From an uncultured Acidobacteriota bacterium (lineage in GTDB: Bacteria; Acidobacteriota; Vicinamibacteria; Fen-336): DNA of 64,000 bases. Position 1 is the stretch's first letter; each line of letters opens with the position of its first letter. Below are positions 48,391-58,117 of this stretch, piece by piece. The position numbers were made by a program, and so were the translations under genes. Location of the stretch: NCBI GenBank assembly GCA_963760685.1, contig CAVXEA010000002.1, positions 1,674,251 through 1,738,250 on the forward strand, given 5' to 3'. The notes under the pieces are model-generated. The model did not search any database. It was not told where the DNA came from and worked only from the letters and a program-made list of their open reading frames with translations.

Positions 48391-49004
48391 TGGCCGAGCT
48401 CATGGACGCGGCCCGCGTCGCGCGCACCCTCGACCGCATGGCCCACGAGATCGTCGAGCGCCACCCCGACCTGGCCGGCGCGGCCCTCATCGGCGTGAGG
48501 AGCCGCGGCGTGCCCCTCGCCCTGCGCCTCGCCCGGCTGGTGAAGCAGGCCAGCGGCGTCGACCTGCCGGTGGGGGCGCTCGACATCAGCCTCTACCGCG
48601 ACGACTTCACGACCATCGCTCCCCAGCCCGTGACCAAGGGGACCGACATACCCTTCTCCATCGACGGCCGTTCCGTGATCATCGTCGACGACGTGCTCTT
48701 CACCGGGCGCACCGTGCGCGCCGCCCTCGACCAGCTCATCGACTTCGGCCGCCCGGCCCGGATCGAGCTGGCGGTGCTCGTGGACCGCGGCCATCGCGAG
48801 CTCCCCATCCGCGCCGACTACGTGGGCAAGACGATGGCGACGACCCTCGCGCAGACCGTGCAGGTGAGGCTGCGCGAGCAGGACGGGGACGACGGGGTGG
48901 ACCTCGACGACCGCACGGCCCCCACGCCGGCCCTCGCCCCCAAGGCGCCGGCGAAACCGCCGGCCAAGGGGCGACCGAAGACGGCGGCCCGGAGACGACG
49001 GTGA
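48390..49004 (+). CDS. pyrR: Bifunctional pyrimidine operon regulator / uracil phosphoribosyltransferase
   Basis: [29 protein letters not shown] PRTase motif. Full-length similarity to PyrR, with a basic Lys/Pro/Ala-rich tail. Confidence 0.85.
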   Translation: MAELMDAARVARTLDRMAHEIVERHPDLAGAALIGVRSRGVPLALRLARLVKQASGVDLPVGALDISLYRDDFTTIAPQPVTKGTDIPFSIDGRSVIIVDDVLFTGRTVRAALDQLIDFGRPARIELAVLVDRGHRELPIRADYVGKTMATTLAQTVQVRLREQDGDDGVDLDDRTAPTPALAPKAPAKPPAKGRPKTAARRRR

Positions 49005-49936
49005 GCGGCTTCCGCCACCGCCACCTCCTGGGCATCGAGCCGCTGGAGCCTTCCGACATCCAGCTCCTCCTCGACACCGCCGACGGCCTCAAGGAAGTCC
49101 TCGACCGGCCCATCAAGAAGGTGCCGGCCCTGCGCGGCAAGACCGTGGTGAACCTCTTCTACGAGCCCTCGACCCGCACGAGGTCCTCGTTCGAGATCGC
49201 GGAGAAGGTCTTGTCGGCGGACAGCCTGTCCATCGCGACCGCGTCGTCCAGCGTGACGAAGGGCGAGACCCTCCTCGACACCGCCAAGAACCTCGAGGCG
49301 ATGAACCCCGACATGTTCGTGGTCAGGCACGCCTCGTCGGGCGCGCCCCACTTCCTGGCGCGGCACTGCCGCTCCGCGATCGTGAACGCCGGAGACGGGG
49401 CCCACGAGCATCCCACCCAGGCCCTGCTCGACGCGCTCACCCTGCGCCAGCGCAAGGGGAGGCTCAAGGGGCTGCGCGTCGCCATCGTGGGCGACATCCT
49501 CCACAGCCGGGTGGCGCGATCGAACATATGGCTCCTGACCAAGATGGGGGCCGAGGTCGTGCTCTGTGGCCCGCCCACCCTCATCCCGCCTGGCATCGAG
49601 GCCCTGTGTCCCGTGACCTACCGGATCGACGAGGCGGTCGAAGGCGCGGACGCGGTGATGATGCTGCGCATCCAGCTCGAGCGGATGGCGGGTGGCTTCT
49701 TTCCCTCGCTGCGCGAGTTCTTCCAGCGCTTCGGCCTCACCGAGGAGCGCGTCAAGCGCGCGAAGAAGGACGTGGTGATCCTGCACCCGGGGCCCATGAA
49801 CCGGGGCGTCGAGATCGCGAGCGAGGTCGCCGACGGCCCCTACTCGGTGATCCTCGACCAGGTCACGAACGGCGTCGCTATCCGCATGGCGGTCCTCTAT
49901 CTGCTGCTCGGGGGCAGCGGGGGAGCGGCCGCATGA
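49001..49936 (+). CDS. pyrB: Aspartate carbamoyltransferase catalytic subunit
   Basis: STRTR carbamoyl-phosphate motif ([13 protein letters not shown]), HPTQAL and [11 protein letters not shown] are present. GTGA overlap with the pyrR stop. Confidence 0.9.
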   Translation: MSGFRHRHLLGIEPLEPSDIQLLLDTADGLKEVLDRPIKKVPALRGKTVVNLFYEPSTRTRSSFEIAEKVLSADSLSIATASSSVTKGETLLDTAKNLEAMNPDMFVVRHASSGAPHFLARHCRSAIVNAGDGAHEHPTQALLDALTLRQRKGRLKGLRVAIVGDILHSRVARSNIWLLTKMGAEVVLCGPPTLIPPGIEALCPVTYRIDEAVEGADAVMMLRIQLERMAGGFFPSLREFFQRFGLTEERVKRAKKDVVILHPGPMNRGVEIASEVADGPYSVILDQVTNGVAIRMAVLYLLLGGSGGAAA

Positions 49937-51228
49937 GCGATCGCCTGGTCCTGAAGGGCGGCCGTGTCGTCGACCCGAGCCGGAAGGTCGACGAGATCCA
50001 GGACATCGCACTCGAGGGCGGCCTGGTGGCGGAGATCGGGGCCAAGGTTGCCACGCGCGGGGCCCAGGTCCTGGATCTCAAGGGCCTCGTGGTCTGTCCG
50101 GGGTTCATCGACCTCCACACGCATCTTCGAGAGCCCGGCCGGGAAGACAAGGAGACGATCGCCACGGGCACGCGGGCGGCGGCCGCGGGGGGCTTCACCG
50201 CCGTGTGCGCGATGCCCAATACCGAGCCCGTCAACGACCAGGCGGGCATCACCCGCGCCATCCTGGAGCGCGCGCGGGCCGAGGGAGTGGTCCGGGTTTA
50301 CCCCGTGGGCGCCATCACCCGCGAGCTGGCCGGCCGCGAGCTGGCCGAGTACGCCGACCTCCAGGACGCCGGCTGCGTGGCGTTCTCCGACGACGGCCGG
50401 CCGGTGGCGGACGCGCGTCTCCTGCGGCGCGCCCTCGAGTACGCGAGCGCCTTCGGCCTGACCCTCGTCGACCACTGCGAAGAGTCTTCACTCAGCGAGA
50501 AGGCCGTGATGAACGAGGGGCCGGTCTCGACCTGGCTGGGACTGCGCGGCGCGCCGGCCGTGGCCGAGGCCATCGCCGTCGAGCGCGATCTGCTCCTGGC
50601 CGGGCTGACCCGCGGCCGGCTCCACATCGCCCACGTTTCCGCCGCGGCTTCCGTCGAGGCGATTCGGCGGGCCAAGGCGCTCGGCCTCCGGGTCACCGCC
50701 GAGGCCACGCCGCACCACCTGCTGCTGACCGACGAGCTGGTGCGGGAATCCCAATACGACACCGCCACCAAGGTGAATCCGCCGCTGCGCGCCGAAGCCG
50801 ATCGGCAGGGTCTCCTGGCCGGGCTGCGCGACGGCACCATCGACGCCATCGCTACCGACCATGCCCCCCACACCGTGGACGACAAGAAGGTCGAGTACGA
50901 CCAGGCGGCGTTCGGGACCTCTGGCCTCGAGACCGCGGTGGCGCTCTGTCTCGACCGGCTCGTGGGCGGCCGCGTCATCGATCTGGCGCGACTCGTCGAG
51001 CTCCTGTCCTCCGGTCCGGCCCGGATCTTCGGTCTGCCCGGGGGGAGCCTGGCACCCGGTTCGCCCGCGGACGTCACCGTTCTCGACCCGCAGGTGAAGC
51101 GTACGGTGGACCCCAGGCGGTTCTTCAGCAAGGGACGCAGCACTCCGTTCGCGGGATGGAGCCTCAAGGGCTGGCCCGTGCTGACCGTCGTCGGCGGACG
51201 TGTGGCGTGGTCGGACCTGAAGGCGTAG
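49933..51228 (+). CDS. pyrC: Dihydroorotase
   Basis: [13 protein letters not shown] metal-binding motif and DHAPH are present. ATGA overlap with the pyrB stop. A GGGGGAG SD is present. Confidence 0.9.
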   Translation: MSDRLVLKGGRVVDPSRKVDEIQDIALEGGLVAEIGAKVATRGAQVLDLKGLVVCPGFIDLHTHLREPGREDKETIATGTRAAAAGGFTAVCAMPNTEPVNDQAGITRAILERARAEGVVRVYPVGAITRELAGRELAEYADLQDAGCVAFSDDGRPVADARLLRRALEYASAFGLTLVDHCEESSLSEKAVMNEGPVSTWLGLRGAPAVAEAIAVERDLLLAGLTRGRLHIAHVSAAASVEAIRRAKALGLRVTAEATPHHLLLTDELVRESQYDTATKVNPPLRAEADRQGLLAGLRDGTIDAIATDHAPHTVDDKKVEYDQAAFGTSGLETAVALCLDRLVGGRVIDLARLVELLSSGPARIFGLPGGSLAPGSPADVTVLDPQVKRTVDPRRFFSKGRSTPFAGWSLKGWPVLTVVGGRVAWSDLKA

Positions 51229-52568
51229 GCGACGGCTCCGTCGCCGAGTACCACCAGGCACTCCTCGCCGATCCGCGCGCGGCGGCCGAGCAGTGGGAAT
51301 GGCTCAAGAACGCGTTTCGGCAACGCGGCATCACCTTCGACGGACAGCCCATGCCCACCCTGCTGCGGCCCCAGTTCGTCCGGCGCCGCGACTGGGACGA
51401 CCTGCGGGAGGCGGGCACGCGGCTTCTCGAGCTCGCCGCGCGAGTGGCCCGACGCGCCTTCGGCGGCGACGTGGCCCGACTGTGCGCCTTCATGGGAACG
51501 CCGGCCGGCGAGGTGCCCTGGGTGTCCGTCGATCCCGGAGAGCCCGACGTGGTGTGGTCGCGCCTCGATGCGTTCCTGACCCCGGAGGGGCCACGCTTCA
51601 TCGAGATCAACAGCGACGCGCCCGCGGGATTCGGCTACAGCGACGCGATGGCGGCGGTCTTTCAGGAGCTGCCGGTGTTCCAGGGCTTCGCCCGGAAGCG
51701 ACCGGTATCCTACGAACCCTCGGGCCGGGCCCTCGTGGACGCGGTCGTCGCCGAAGGGCGAGGGCGAACGGGCACGGTGAAGCCGCGCATCGCGATCGTC
51801 GACTGGGCGAACGTGAGGACCCGCGCCGATCAGGAGATCCTGAGGGACGGGTTCGAAGGTCGCGGCTTCGAATGCGCGCTGGAGGATCCCCGGGAGCTGA
51901 GCTTCCGCGAGGGGAGGCTCCTCGCCCCGTCGGGCCCGATCGACCTCGTGTATCGGCGCGCTGTCCTCTCCGAGCTGGTGCAGAGAGCCGATGAGGTCAG
52001 GGCCTTCCTGGACGCCTATGAGAGCGGCCGAGTGCCCTTCGTCAACACGTTCCGCTGCCGGCTCTCCGAGGACAAGGCGTTCTTCGCGGTGCTCACGGAC
52101 GAGGCCTTCGCTGGCCTGCTCACGGCCGAAGAACGAGTCTTCGTGGATCGCCTGGTGCCGTGGACGCGGAAGGTGGCCGAGCGTCACACGCGGCGGGCCG
52201 GGCGGCAGGTCGACCTCGTTCCCCACGTTCTCGAGAACCGCGTTGGCCTGGTCCTGAAGCCGGCTCACGGCTACGGAGGCAGCGAGGTCTTCGTGGGCGA
52301 CGAGACCGAGCCCGCGGCCTGGGAGGCGGCGGTGGTGAGCGCGCTGGGCGCCCCGTGGGTGGTCCAGGAGCGAGTGACCATTCCCGAGGAGTCGTTCCCC
52401 GTCTTCGAGGAAGGGGCCCTGACCTTCGCGTCCTTGAAGGTCAACACCAACCCGTTCTACGTGAGAGGCGCGCGCTCGGGGGCCGTGACCCGCTGCTCGC
52501 GAAGCTCGGTGATCAACGTCAGCGCGGGCGGCGGCAGTACGCCGACTTTCGTTGTCGACCAGGACTAG
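51207..52568 (+). CDS. Glutathionylspermidine-synthase-like / circularly permuted ATP-grasp family protein (putative amide ligase)
   Basis: SRLDAFLTPEGPRFIEINSDAPAGFGYSDAM resembles the GspS pre-ATP-grasp motif. An ATP-grasp-like VLKPAHGYGGSEVFVGDE is also present. The start is uncertain. GTG 51207 overlaps the pyrC 3' end by 22 nt, and a true N-terminus may be lost to a frameshift. Confidence 0.6.
   Translation: MVGPEGVGDGSVAEYHQALLADPRAAAEQWEWLKNAFRQRGITFDGQPMPTLLRPQFVRRRDWDDLREAGTRLLELAARVARRAFGGDVARLCAFMGTPAGEVPWVSVDPGEPDVVWSRLDAFLTPEGPRFIEINSDAPAGFGYSDAMAAVFQELPVFQGFARKRPVSYEPSGRALVDAVVAEGRGRTGTVKPRIAIVDWANVRTRADQEILRDGFEGRGFECALEDPRELSFREGRLLAPSGPIDLVYRRAVLSELVQRADEVRAFLDAYESGRVPFVNTFRCRLSEDKAFFAVLTDEAFAGLLTAEERVFVDRLVPWTRKVAERHTRRAGRQVDLVPHVLENRVGLVLKPAHGYGGSEVFVGDETEPAAWEAAVVSALGAPWVVQERVTIPEESFPVFEEGALTFASLKVNTNPFYVRGARSGAVTRCSRSSVINVSAGGGSTPTFVVDQD
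52479..52533 (+). repeat. Copy A of a 55-57 bp near-identical direct repeat (inside the 3' end of the ATP-grasp gene)
   Basis: ggggccgtgacccgctgctcgcgaagctcggtgatcaacgtcagcgcgggcggc. A second copy at 55269..55325 differs at 2 positions. Confidence 0.8.
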
Positions 52569-52812
52569 CGCTCGCGCGGCAGCGTGGCGCATCGCGTTGG
52601 TGACGATCTCCCGCACGCAGGAGGAGGGTCCGGGCGATGGCCTTCCCGACCGCGCGCTCTCCTCGAAGCCTGGGCCGCGCCGCCGCCGTCACCGCGGAGG
52701 CCCAGTCGGCGCCGGAGTGAGGGTCGTCGCTTGCAGACCGTGGGGGGGACCTTGACCTCCGCCCGGGCGGGCGCGAAGATCGGCGCAGTCGATCGATTCG
52801 TCAGGTGACCTC

Positions 52813-55158
52813 ATGCCCTTGTCCGCCGGGATGCGTCTCGGCTCGTACGAGGTCCTCACCCCGCTCGGGACCGGGGGGATGGGCGAGGTCTACCGCGCGA
52901 GGCACCGGAAGCTCGGCCGCGACGTCGCGATCAAGGTCCTCCGGGGCGAGGTCGCGTCCGATCCCGAACGCCGTCGCCGTTTCGAGCGCGAGGCCCGCTC
53001 GGCTTCCGCCCTGAACCACCCCAGCATCGTCACCATTCACGACATCGATGAGCAGGACGGCACCCTCTACATCGCCATGGAGCTGGTCGAGGGCAAGACC
53101 CTGCGCGAGCACCTCCAGGCCGGCCCGCTCCCGCTGGGCGGGTTGCTCGCGTGGGCGCGGCAGGCTGCGGAGGGGCTGGCGCGGGCCCACGCCGCGGGCA
53201 TCGTGCACCGCGACCTCAAACCCGAGAACCTGATGGTCACGGGCGACGGCCTCGTGAAGATCCTCGACTTCGGGCTGGCAAAGGTCGCATCTTCGACCCC
53301 GGGCACGGACACCGCGACTACTGCCGACCAGATGACAAAGGAAGGTGTCGTCCTGGGCACCGTCCCCTACATGTCCCCCGAGCAGGCCGCGGGCCGCCCC
53401 CTGGATTTCCGGTCCGACCAGTTCTCATTCGGCGCCATCCTCTATGAGATGGCGACGGGGCGGCGGGCCTTCCGAAAGGGCAGCACGCCCCAGACCCTCG
53501 CGGCCATCATCGCGGAAGAGCCCGAGCCGGCGGGACGGCTCAATCCCAAGCTTCCGCCGGCCCTGGTCTCGATCATCACGCGCTGCCTGGCCAAGTCGCC
53601 CGAGGGCCGCTTCGCCGATACGCGGGACCTGGCGGCGGCGCTGCGCGCGGTGCCGGAAGCCGACGCCGGCAGGCGCATGAGCAGCGGGGCGTGGTGGGCC
53701 GCCATGGGTCTCGCCGCAGTGGTCCTGGCGTGGGCCGCCCTTCCCTATGCCCGCGAGGGGTGGCGTTCGGTTCGTCCCGGCATCACCAAGCCCGCCATCC
53801 AGGCCATCGCGGTGCTCCCTCTCCGCAACCTCTCGGGCGACCCGGAACAGGAGTACTTCGCCGACGGGATGACCGAGGCCCTCATCACCGATCTCTCGAA
53901 GATCGGCGCCCTCAAGGTCATCTCGCGCGCCTCAGCCATGCGGTACAAGGGCACGAGCAAGCCCCTGTCCGAGATCGCGCGTGAGCTGCACGTGGACGCG
54001 CTCCTGGACGGGTCGGTCGTGCGCGAGGCCGGCCGGATCGGGATCACGGCCCAGCTCATCGAGGCCTCGACCGACCGGACGCTGTGGGCGGAGCGCTTCG
54101 ATCGGGAGGTCCGGAGCGTGCTGGCGCTGCAGGGCGAGGTCGCGCGTTCCGTCGCGCGCCAGGTGGCGGTGACGGTCACCCCCGAGGAGCAGTCACGCCT
54201 CGCGGGGTCGCGCGAGGTGGACCCCGTCGCGTACGAGGCCTACCTCAAGGGCACGTTCCACGTGGGGAAGCTCACCCCCGAGGGGATCGAAAAAGGCCTG
54301 GCCTATCTGCACGAGGCGGTGGAGAGGGATCCCTCGAGCGCACTGGCCCAGGCGGGGCTGGCCCTCGGCTACAGCCTGGCCGCCAGCCACAGCCCACAGC
54401 CCCCGAAGGACGCCTTCGAAAAGGCACAGGCCGCCTACCGCAAGGCGCTCGAGCTGGACGACACGCTGGCCGAGGGCCACGCGGCGCTGGCCGAGGCCAA
54501 GCTGTATCGCGACTGGGACTGGGAAGCCGCGTCGAGCGCGTTCCGGCGGGCACTCCAGTTGAACCCCAGCCTCGCCCGCGCCCACAGTCACTACGGCTGG
54601 TACTTGAATCTCGTCGGGCGGCAAGCGGAGGCGGTTGAGGAGTTGCAGCGGGCGCGGCAGCTCGATCCGCTCGACCCGACCTGGGCCGCCTGGCACGCCG
54701 ACGTCAACTCCTATGCCGGCCGCTACGACGACGCTCTGGTGGCCGCGCGCGAGGCGGTCGAGCTGGGCCCGACCCACCACTGGAGCTACGAGGCGTTGGC
54801 CCTGGCCGAGTCGGGCCGTGGACGACACGCGGACGCCATCGCCGCGGGCCGCAAGGCTGCCGAGCTGAACCCGGGATGGCGGGGCGCGCTCGCGCTCGCC
54901 TACGCCAAGGCCGGCATGAAGGACAAGGCGCTCGAGCTGATTCCTGAGCTCGAAAAGACGAAGTACCGGCTCGACATCTACCTGCTGCCCGCGGTTGCCG
55001 CGGCGATGGGAGACCGCGACCGGGCCGTGCGCTGGACGCAAGCGGCGATCGACGCGCGAAACCCATTCGCGCCCTGGCTGTTTACGTGGAACGACGTCGT
55101 CGGCCCCTTGCACGACGACCCCCGGTACCAGGCCCTGCGGGCACGGATGCGCCTCTAG
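52813..55158 (+). CDS. Ser/Thr protein kinase with TM helix and extracytoplasmic TolB-N-like plus TPR domain (different architecture from the PD40 array)
   Basis: [28 protein letters not shown] and PYMSPEQ are present. A TM helix AWWAAMGLAAVVLAWAAL follows. Then AVLPLRNLSGDPEQEYFADGMTEALITDLSK (TolB-N-like), then TPR repeats. Confidence 0.85.
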   Translation: MPLSAGMRLGSYEVLTPLGTGGMGEVYRARHRKLGRDVAIKVLRGEVASDPERRRRFEREARSASALNHPSIVTIHDIDEQDGTLYIAMELVEGKTLREHLQAGPLPLGGLLAWARQAAEGLARAHAAGIVHRDLKPENLMVTGDGLVKILDFGLAKVASSTPGTDTATTADQMTKEGVVLGTVPYMSPEQAAGRPLDFRSDQFSFGAILYEMATGRRAFRKGSTPQTLAAIIAEEPEPAGRLNPKLPPALVSIITRCLAKSPEGRFADTRDLAAALRAVPEADAGRRMSSGAWWAAMGLAAVVLAWAALPYAREGWRSVRPGITKPAIQAIAVLPLRNLSGDPEQEYFADGMTEALITDLSKIGALKVISRASAMRYKGTSKPLSEIARELHVDALLDGSVVREAGRIGITAQLIEASTDRTLWAERFDREVRSVLALQGEVARSVARQVAVTVTPEEQSRLAGSREVDPVAYEAYLKGTFHVGKLTPEGIEKGLAYLHEAVERDPSSALAQAGLALGYSLAASHSPQPPKDAFEKAQAAYRKALELDDTLAEGHAALAEAKLYRDWDWEAASSAFRRALQLNPSLARAHSHYGWYLNLVGRQAEAVEELQRARQLDPLDPTWAAWHADVNSYAGRYDDALVAAREAVELGPTHHWSYEALALAESGRGRHADAIAAGRKAAELNPGWRGALALAYAKAGMKDKALELIPELEKTKYRLDIYLLPAVAAAMGDRDRAVRWTQAAIDARNPFAPWLFTWNDVVGPLHDDPRYQALRARMRL

Positions 55159-55268
55159 TTCGCTCCGGGACACCCCACGACGCTGACGATGCCGCTCGCT
55201 CGACGGCGGGCGACAGCCTCCGCCCGCTCGGGCTCGCTCAGGATGCTCAGGTCCGGGTCTTCGAGAAT

Positions 55269-55325
55269 GGGGGGCCGTGACCCGGTGCTCGCGAAGCTCG
55301 GTGATCAACGTCAGCGCGGGCGGCT
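55269..55325 (+). repeat. Copy B of the same repeat (intergenic, about 100 bp upstream of the GH127 start); flanks show degraded homology to the ATP-grasp 3' end
   Basis: ggggggccgtgacccggtgctcgcgaagctcggtgatcaacgtcagcgcgggcggc. Downstream, ggcagcatccccaccttcgtcctcgac versus ggcagtacgccgactttcgttgtcgac in copy A is recognisable but diverged. Confidence 0.8.
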
Positions 55326-55420
55326 GGCAGCATCCCCACCTTCGTCCTCGACTCTCGAGGGAAGCACCCTTGCCTTGCGGGCGATGGCTCGTTAGATTGT
55401 CGGTTCCAGGAGTGATCCTG

Positions 55421-57781
55421 ATGAGAAGCACGTTGGCGTTCGCCGCACTCCTGCTGCAGCTGGCGGCCGGAACCGGCGCGGCTCCCGTCCAGGAGAAGGT
55501 GCCGCTCGCGGTGCGTCCCTTCCCCTTGACGGAGGTGCGGCTCTTGGAAGGTCCATTCCTGGACGCGATGCGGCGTGACCAGGCGTACCTGCTGCAACTG
55601 GACCTCGACCGCCTGCTCCACACGTTCCGGCGGAACGCGGGCCTGCTCTCGTCCGCCACGCCGCTCGGCGGCTGGGAGGCGCCGGACGTCGAGCTGCGCG
55701 GCCACAGCCTGGGGCACTTTCTCACGGCGAGCGCTCTCATGTACGTCGCCACCGGCGACGCGCGGTTCAAGGCGAGGGCCGACCAGGTGGTGGCACAGCT
55801 GGCGGCGATCCAGGAGGCTCTCGCCAGGCGCGGAAACGCCGGTTACCTCTCGGCCTTCCCCGAGGAGCTCTTCGACCGCGTGGAACGGCGCCAGCGCGTC
55901 TGGGCGCCCTACTACACACTGCACAAGATCATGGCGGGGCTGCTCGACGTCCATCGGTGGTGCGCAAACACGCAGGCGCTGGACGTGTTGCGGCGGATGG
56001 CGGAGTGGGTGAAGCTGCGGCTCGACCGCCTGACCGACGCGGAGCGCCAGGCCATGCTGGAGACGGAGTTCGGCGGCATGAACGAGGTGCTGGCCGACCT
56101 CTACGGGGTCACCGGCGATCCCGAGCACCTGCGTCTCGCCCGGCTGTTCGATCACCGCGCGGTGTTCGACCCGTTGGCGCGGGGCGAGGACGCGCTCGAC
56201 GGCCTGCACGCGAACACCCAGATCCCCAAGGCCATCGGGGCCGCCCGCCTGTATGAGCTCACGGGTGAGGCGCGTTACCACGACATCGCCACCTTCTTCT
56301 GGGAACGCGTGGCGAAGCACCGCTCGTACGCGAACGGGGGGCACAGTGACGGCGAGGCCTTCTTCCCCGTCGAGGACTTCCGCCGGCACCTCGGCGCGGA
56401 CAGCTCCGAAACCTGCAACACGTACAACATGCTCAAGCTCACGCGCCACCTGTTCGAGTGGGCGCCCTCGGCCGAGCGGATGGACTTCTACGAGCGAGGC
56501 CTCGTCAACCACATCCTGGCCTCGCAGGACCCGGCCACCGGCGGCGTCATCTACTACTGCCCGCTCAAGCCCGGGGCGTTCAAGACCTACTCGAAGCCCG
56601 ACGCCTCGTTCTGGTGCTGCGTCGGCACGGGCATGGAGAGCCACGCCAAGTACGCGGACACGATCTACTTCCACGACGAGACGTCGCTCTACGTCAACCT
56701 CTTCGTGGCCTCGGAGCTGACCTGGAAGGGGAAAGGCCTGGGCGTGCGGCAGGAGACGCGCTTCCCGGAGCAGGACACCACGGAACTGACGTTCACCACC
56801 TCGTCGCCGGTGCGGCTCGCGCTGAAGGTGCGTCACCCGGCCTGGGCGCAGGCCGGGATCACCGTGGACGTGAACGGCCGTCGCGAGGTGGCCAGGACGG
56901 AACCCGGCTCGTACGTGACGGTCGACCGCGAGTGGCGCAACGGAGACCTGGTGCGGGTGCGGCTGCCGATGAGCCTGCGTCTCGAAGCGCTGCCGGGCGA
57001 CGCGAGCACAGTGGCGCTCCTCTACGGCCCGGTCTTGCTCGCGGGCGACCTCGGACGCGAAGGCCTGACCGACGCGGTCCGCTACGGTCCGAGCGCGCCA
57101 CCGCTGCGGCGGGTCGCGCCGGTGGAGGTGCCTGCGCTCGCCGCGGTCGAGCCGCGGAAGCTGCTGGCCGCCGTGAAGCCGGTTGTGGGACAACCCCTGA
57201 CCTTTCGCACCGAAGGGCTGGGCCACCCCCGCGACGTCACCCTGATCCCGTTCTACAGGGCCTCCGACCAGCGCTACACCGTGTACTGGAAGCTGTCCTC
57301 GGCGGCGGAGTGGGACCAGGCGAAAGCCGAGGCCGCCGCGCTGGAGCAGCGGCGGCAGGAAATCGCGGCCCGCTCCTTCGACCGCGTGGACGTGGACGAC
57401 CCCAAGGGCGAGGTCGCCCATGGGTACCGCGGAGAAGCCACGGACAACGGGGACTACGAAGGACGCAAGATCCGCGAGACGCGCGGCGGCTGGTTCAGCT
57501 ACGAGATGAAGGTGCTCCCCGACCGGCCCATGGTGGTCGCCTTTACCTACCTGGGCACCGAAGGCCGGCAGCGGACGTTCGACATCCTGGTGGACGGCGT
57601 GAGGATCGCGACCAAGACCGCCGAATACCATCCCACGGAGCTGCTCGACGCGGAGTACTCGATCCCGCCGGAGGTGACCAAGGGCAAGGAGAAGGTCAGC
57701 GTCCGGTTCCAGGCGCCAGAAGGGACGTCCGCCGCGGTGTTCGAGGTGCGCGTGATGCCGGCTCGGAGACCGGAGGAATGA
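55421..57781 (+). CDS. Secreted glycoside hydrolase family 127 (DUF1680; beta-L-arabinofuranosidase-like)
   Basis: Signal peptide MRSTLAFAALLLQLAAGTGAAP. Motifs HSLGHFL, YYTLHKIMAGLLD and Cys-rich ETCNTYNM...FWCCVGTGMESH match GH127. An AGGAG SD is present. Confidence 0.85.
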   Translation: MRSTLAFAALLLQLAAGTGAAPVQEKVPLAVRPFPLTEVRLLEGPFLDAMRRDQAYLLQLDLDRLLHTFRRNAGLLSSATPLGGWEAPDVELRGHSLGHFLTASALMYVATGDARFKARADQVVAQLAAIQEALARRGNAGYLSAFPEELFDRVERRQRVWAPYYTLHKIMAGLLDVHRWCANTQALDVLRRMAEWVKLRLDRLTDAERQAMLETEFGGMNEVLADLYGVTGDPEHLRLARLFDHRAVFDPLARGEDALDGLHANTQIPKAIGAARLYELTGEARYHDIATFFWERVAKHRSYANGGHSDGEAFFPVEDFRRHLGADSSETCNTYNMLKLTRHLFEWAPSAERMDFYERGLVNHILASQDPATGGVIYYCPLKPGAFKTYSKPDASFWCCVGTGMESHAKYADTIYFHDETSLYVNLFVASELTWKGKGLGVRQETRFPEQDTTELTFTTSSPVRLALKVRHPAWAQAGITVDVNGRREVARTEPGSYVTVDREWRNGDLVRVRLPMSLRLEALPGDASTVALLYGPVLLAGDLGREGLTDAVRYGPSAPPLRRVAPVEVPALAAVEPRKLLAAVKPVVGQPLTFRTEGLGHPRDVTLIPFYRASDQRYTVYWKLSSAAEWDQAKAEAAALEQRRQEIAARSFDRVDVDDPKGEVAHGYRGEATDNGDYEGRKIRETRGGWFSYEMKVLPDRPMVVAFTYLGTEGRQRTFDILVDGVRIATKTAEYHPTELLDAEYSIPPEVTKGKEKVSVRFQAPEGTSAAVFEVRVMPARRPEE

Positions 57782-57861
57782 TCCGTCCAGGCACGGCTCC
57801 GGCCGAACGCCGATTGTAGATTTGTCTTCCGACCGCTCGCGGTCCGGCGGGGCTGCAGAGC

Positions 57862-57892
57862 GCTGCCGCGCCTTTCAAGAGAGGCGCGGAGC
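57862..57892 (+). terminator. Candidate intrinsic terminator-like hairpin after the GH127 gene
   Basis: gctgccgcgcc-tttcaagaga-ggcgcggagc forms a GC-rich stem of about 10 bp with a 10-nt loop, roughly 80 nt after the stop at 57781. It has no U-tract, which is common in high-GC genomes. Confidence 0.25.
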
Positions 57893-57973
57893 TCTTCGCG
57901 ACATCCGAGCGGCGTGGCACGCCTGTTGCACCTTGAAGCGGAGGCGTCACCCTGAGATTGAGGAGCGTTCCAA

Positions 57974-58117
57974 ATGCTGCTGGGAATCCTGTTGATGGCG
58001 ATCTGGCTGATTGCTACGGGCGTGCTGCACTTCACCAAGGGCCGGCCGCCCCATAGCGACACCGTCATGAACGTGCTCGCGATCGTTGCAGGAGTCCTGA
58101 TCCTGCTCGGTCGCTAG
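57974..58117 (+). CDS. Small 47-aa two-helix membrane protein (hypothetical)
   Basis: MLLGILLMAIWLIATGVLHFTKGRPPHSDTVMNVLAIVAGVLILLGR*. A strong GAGGAG SD lies 7 nt upstream. Local GC is noticeably lower than the surrounding sequence. The ORF is absent from the track only because it is under 60 aa. Confidence 0.35.
   Translation: MLLGILLMAIWLIATGVLHFTKGRPPHSDTVMNVLAIVAGVLILLGR

Noticed and set aside
55277-55420. N-terminal extension of the GH127 gene from 55277 (track ORF 55277..57781)
   Set aside because: The real protein clearly begins with a signal peptide at ATG 55421 behind an AGGAG SD. The upstream in-frame stretch is the relic repeat read in its ancestral register, not coding sequence of this gene.
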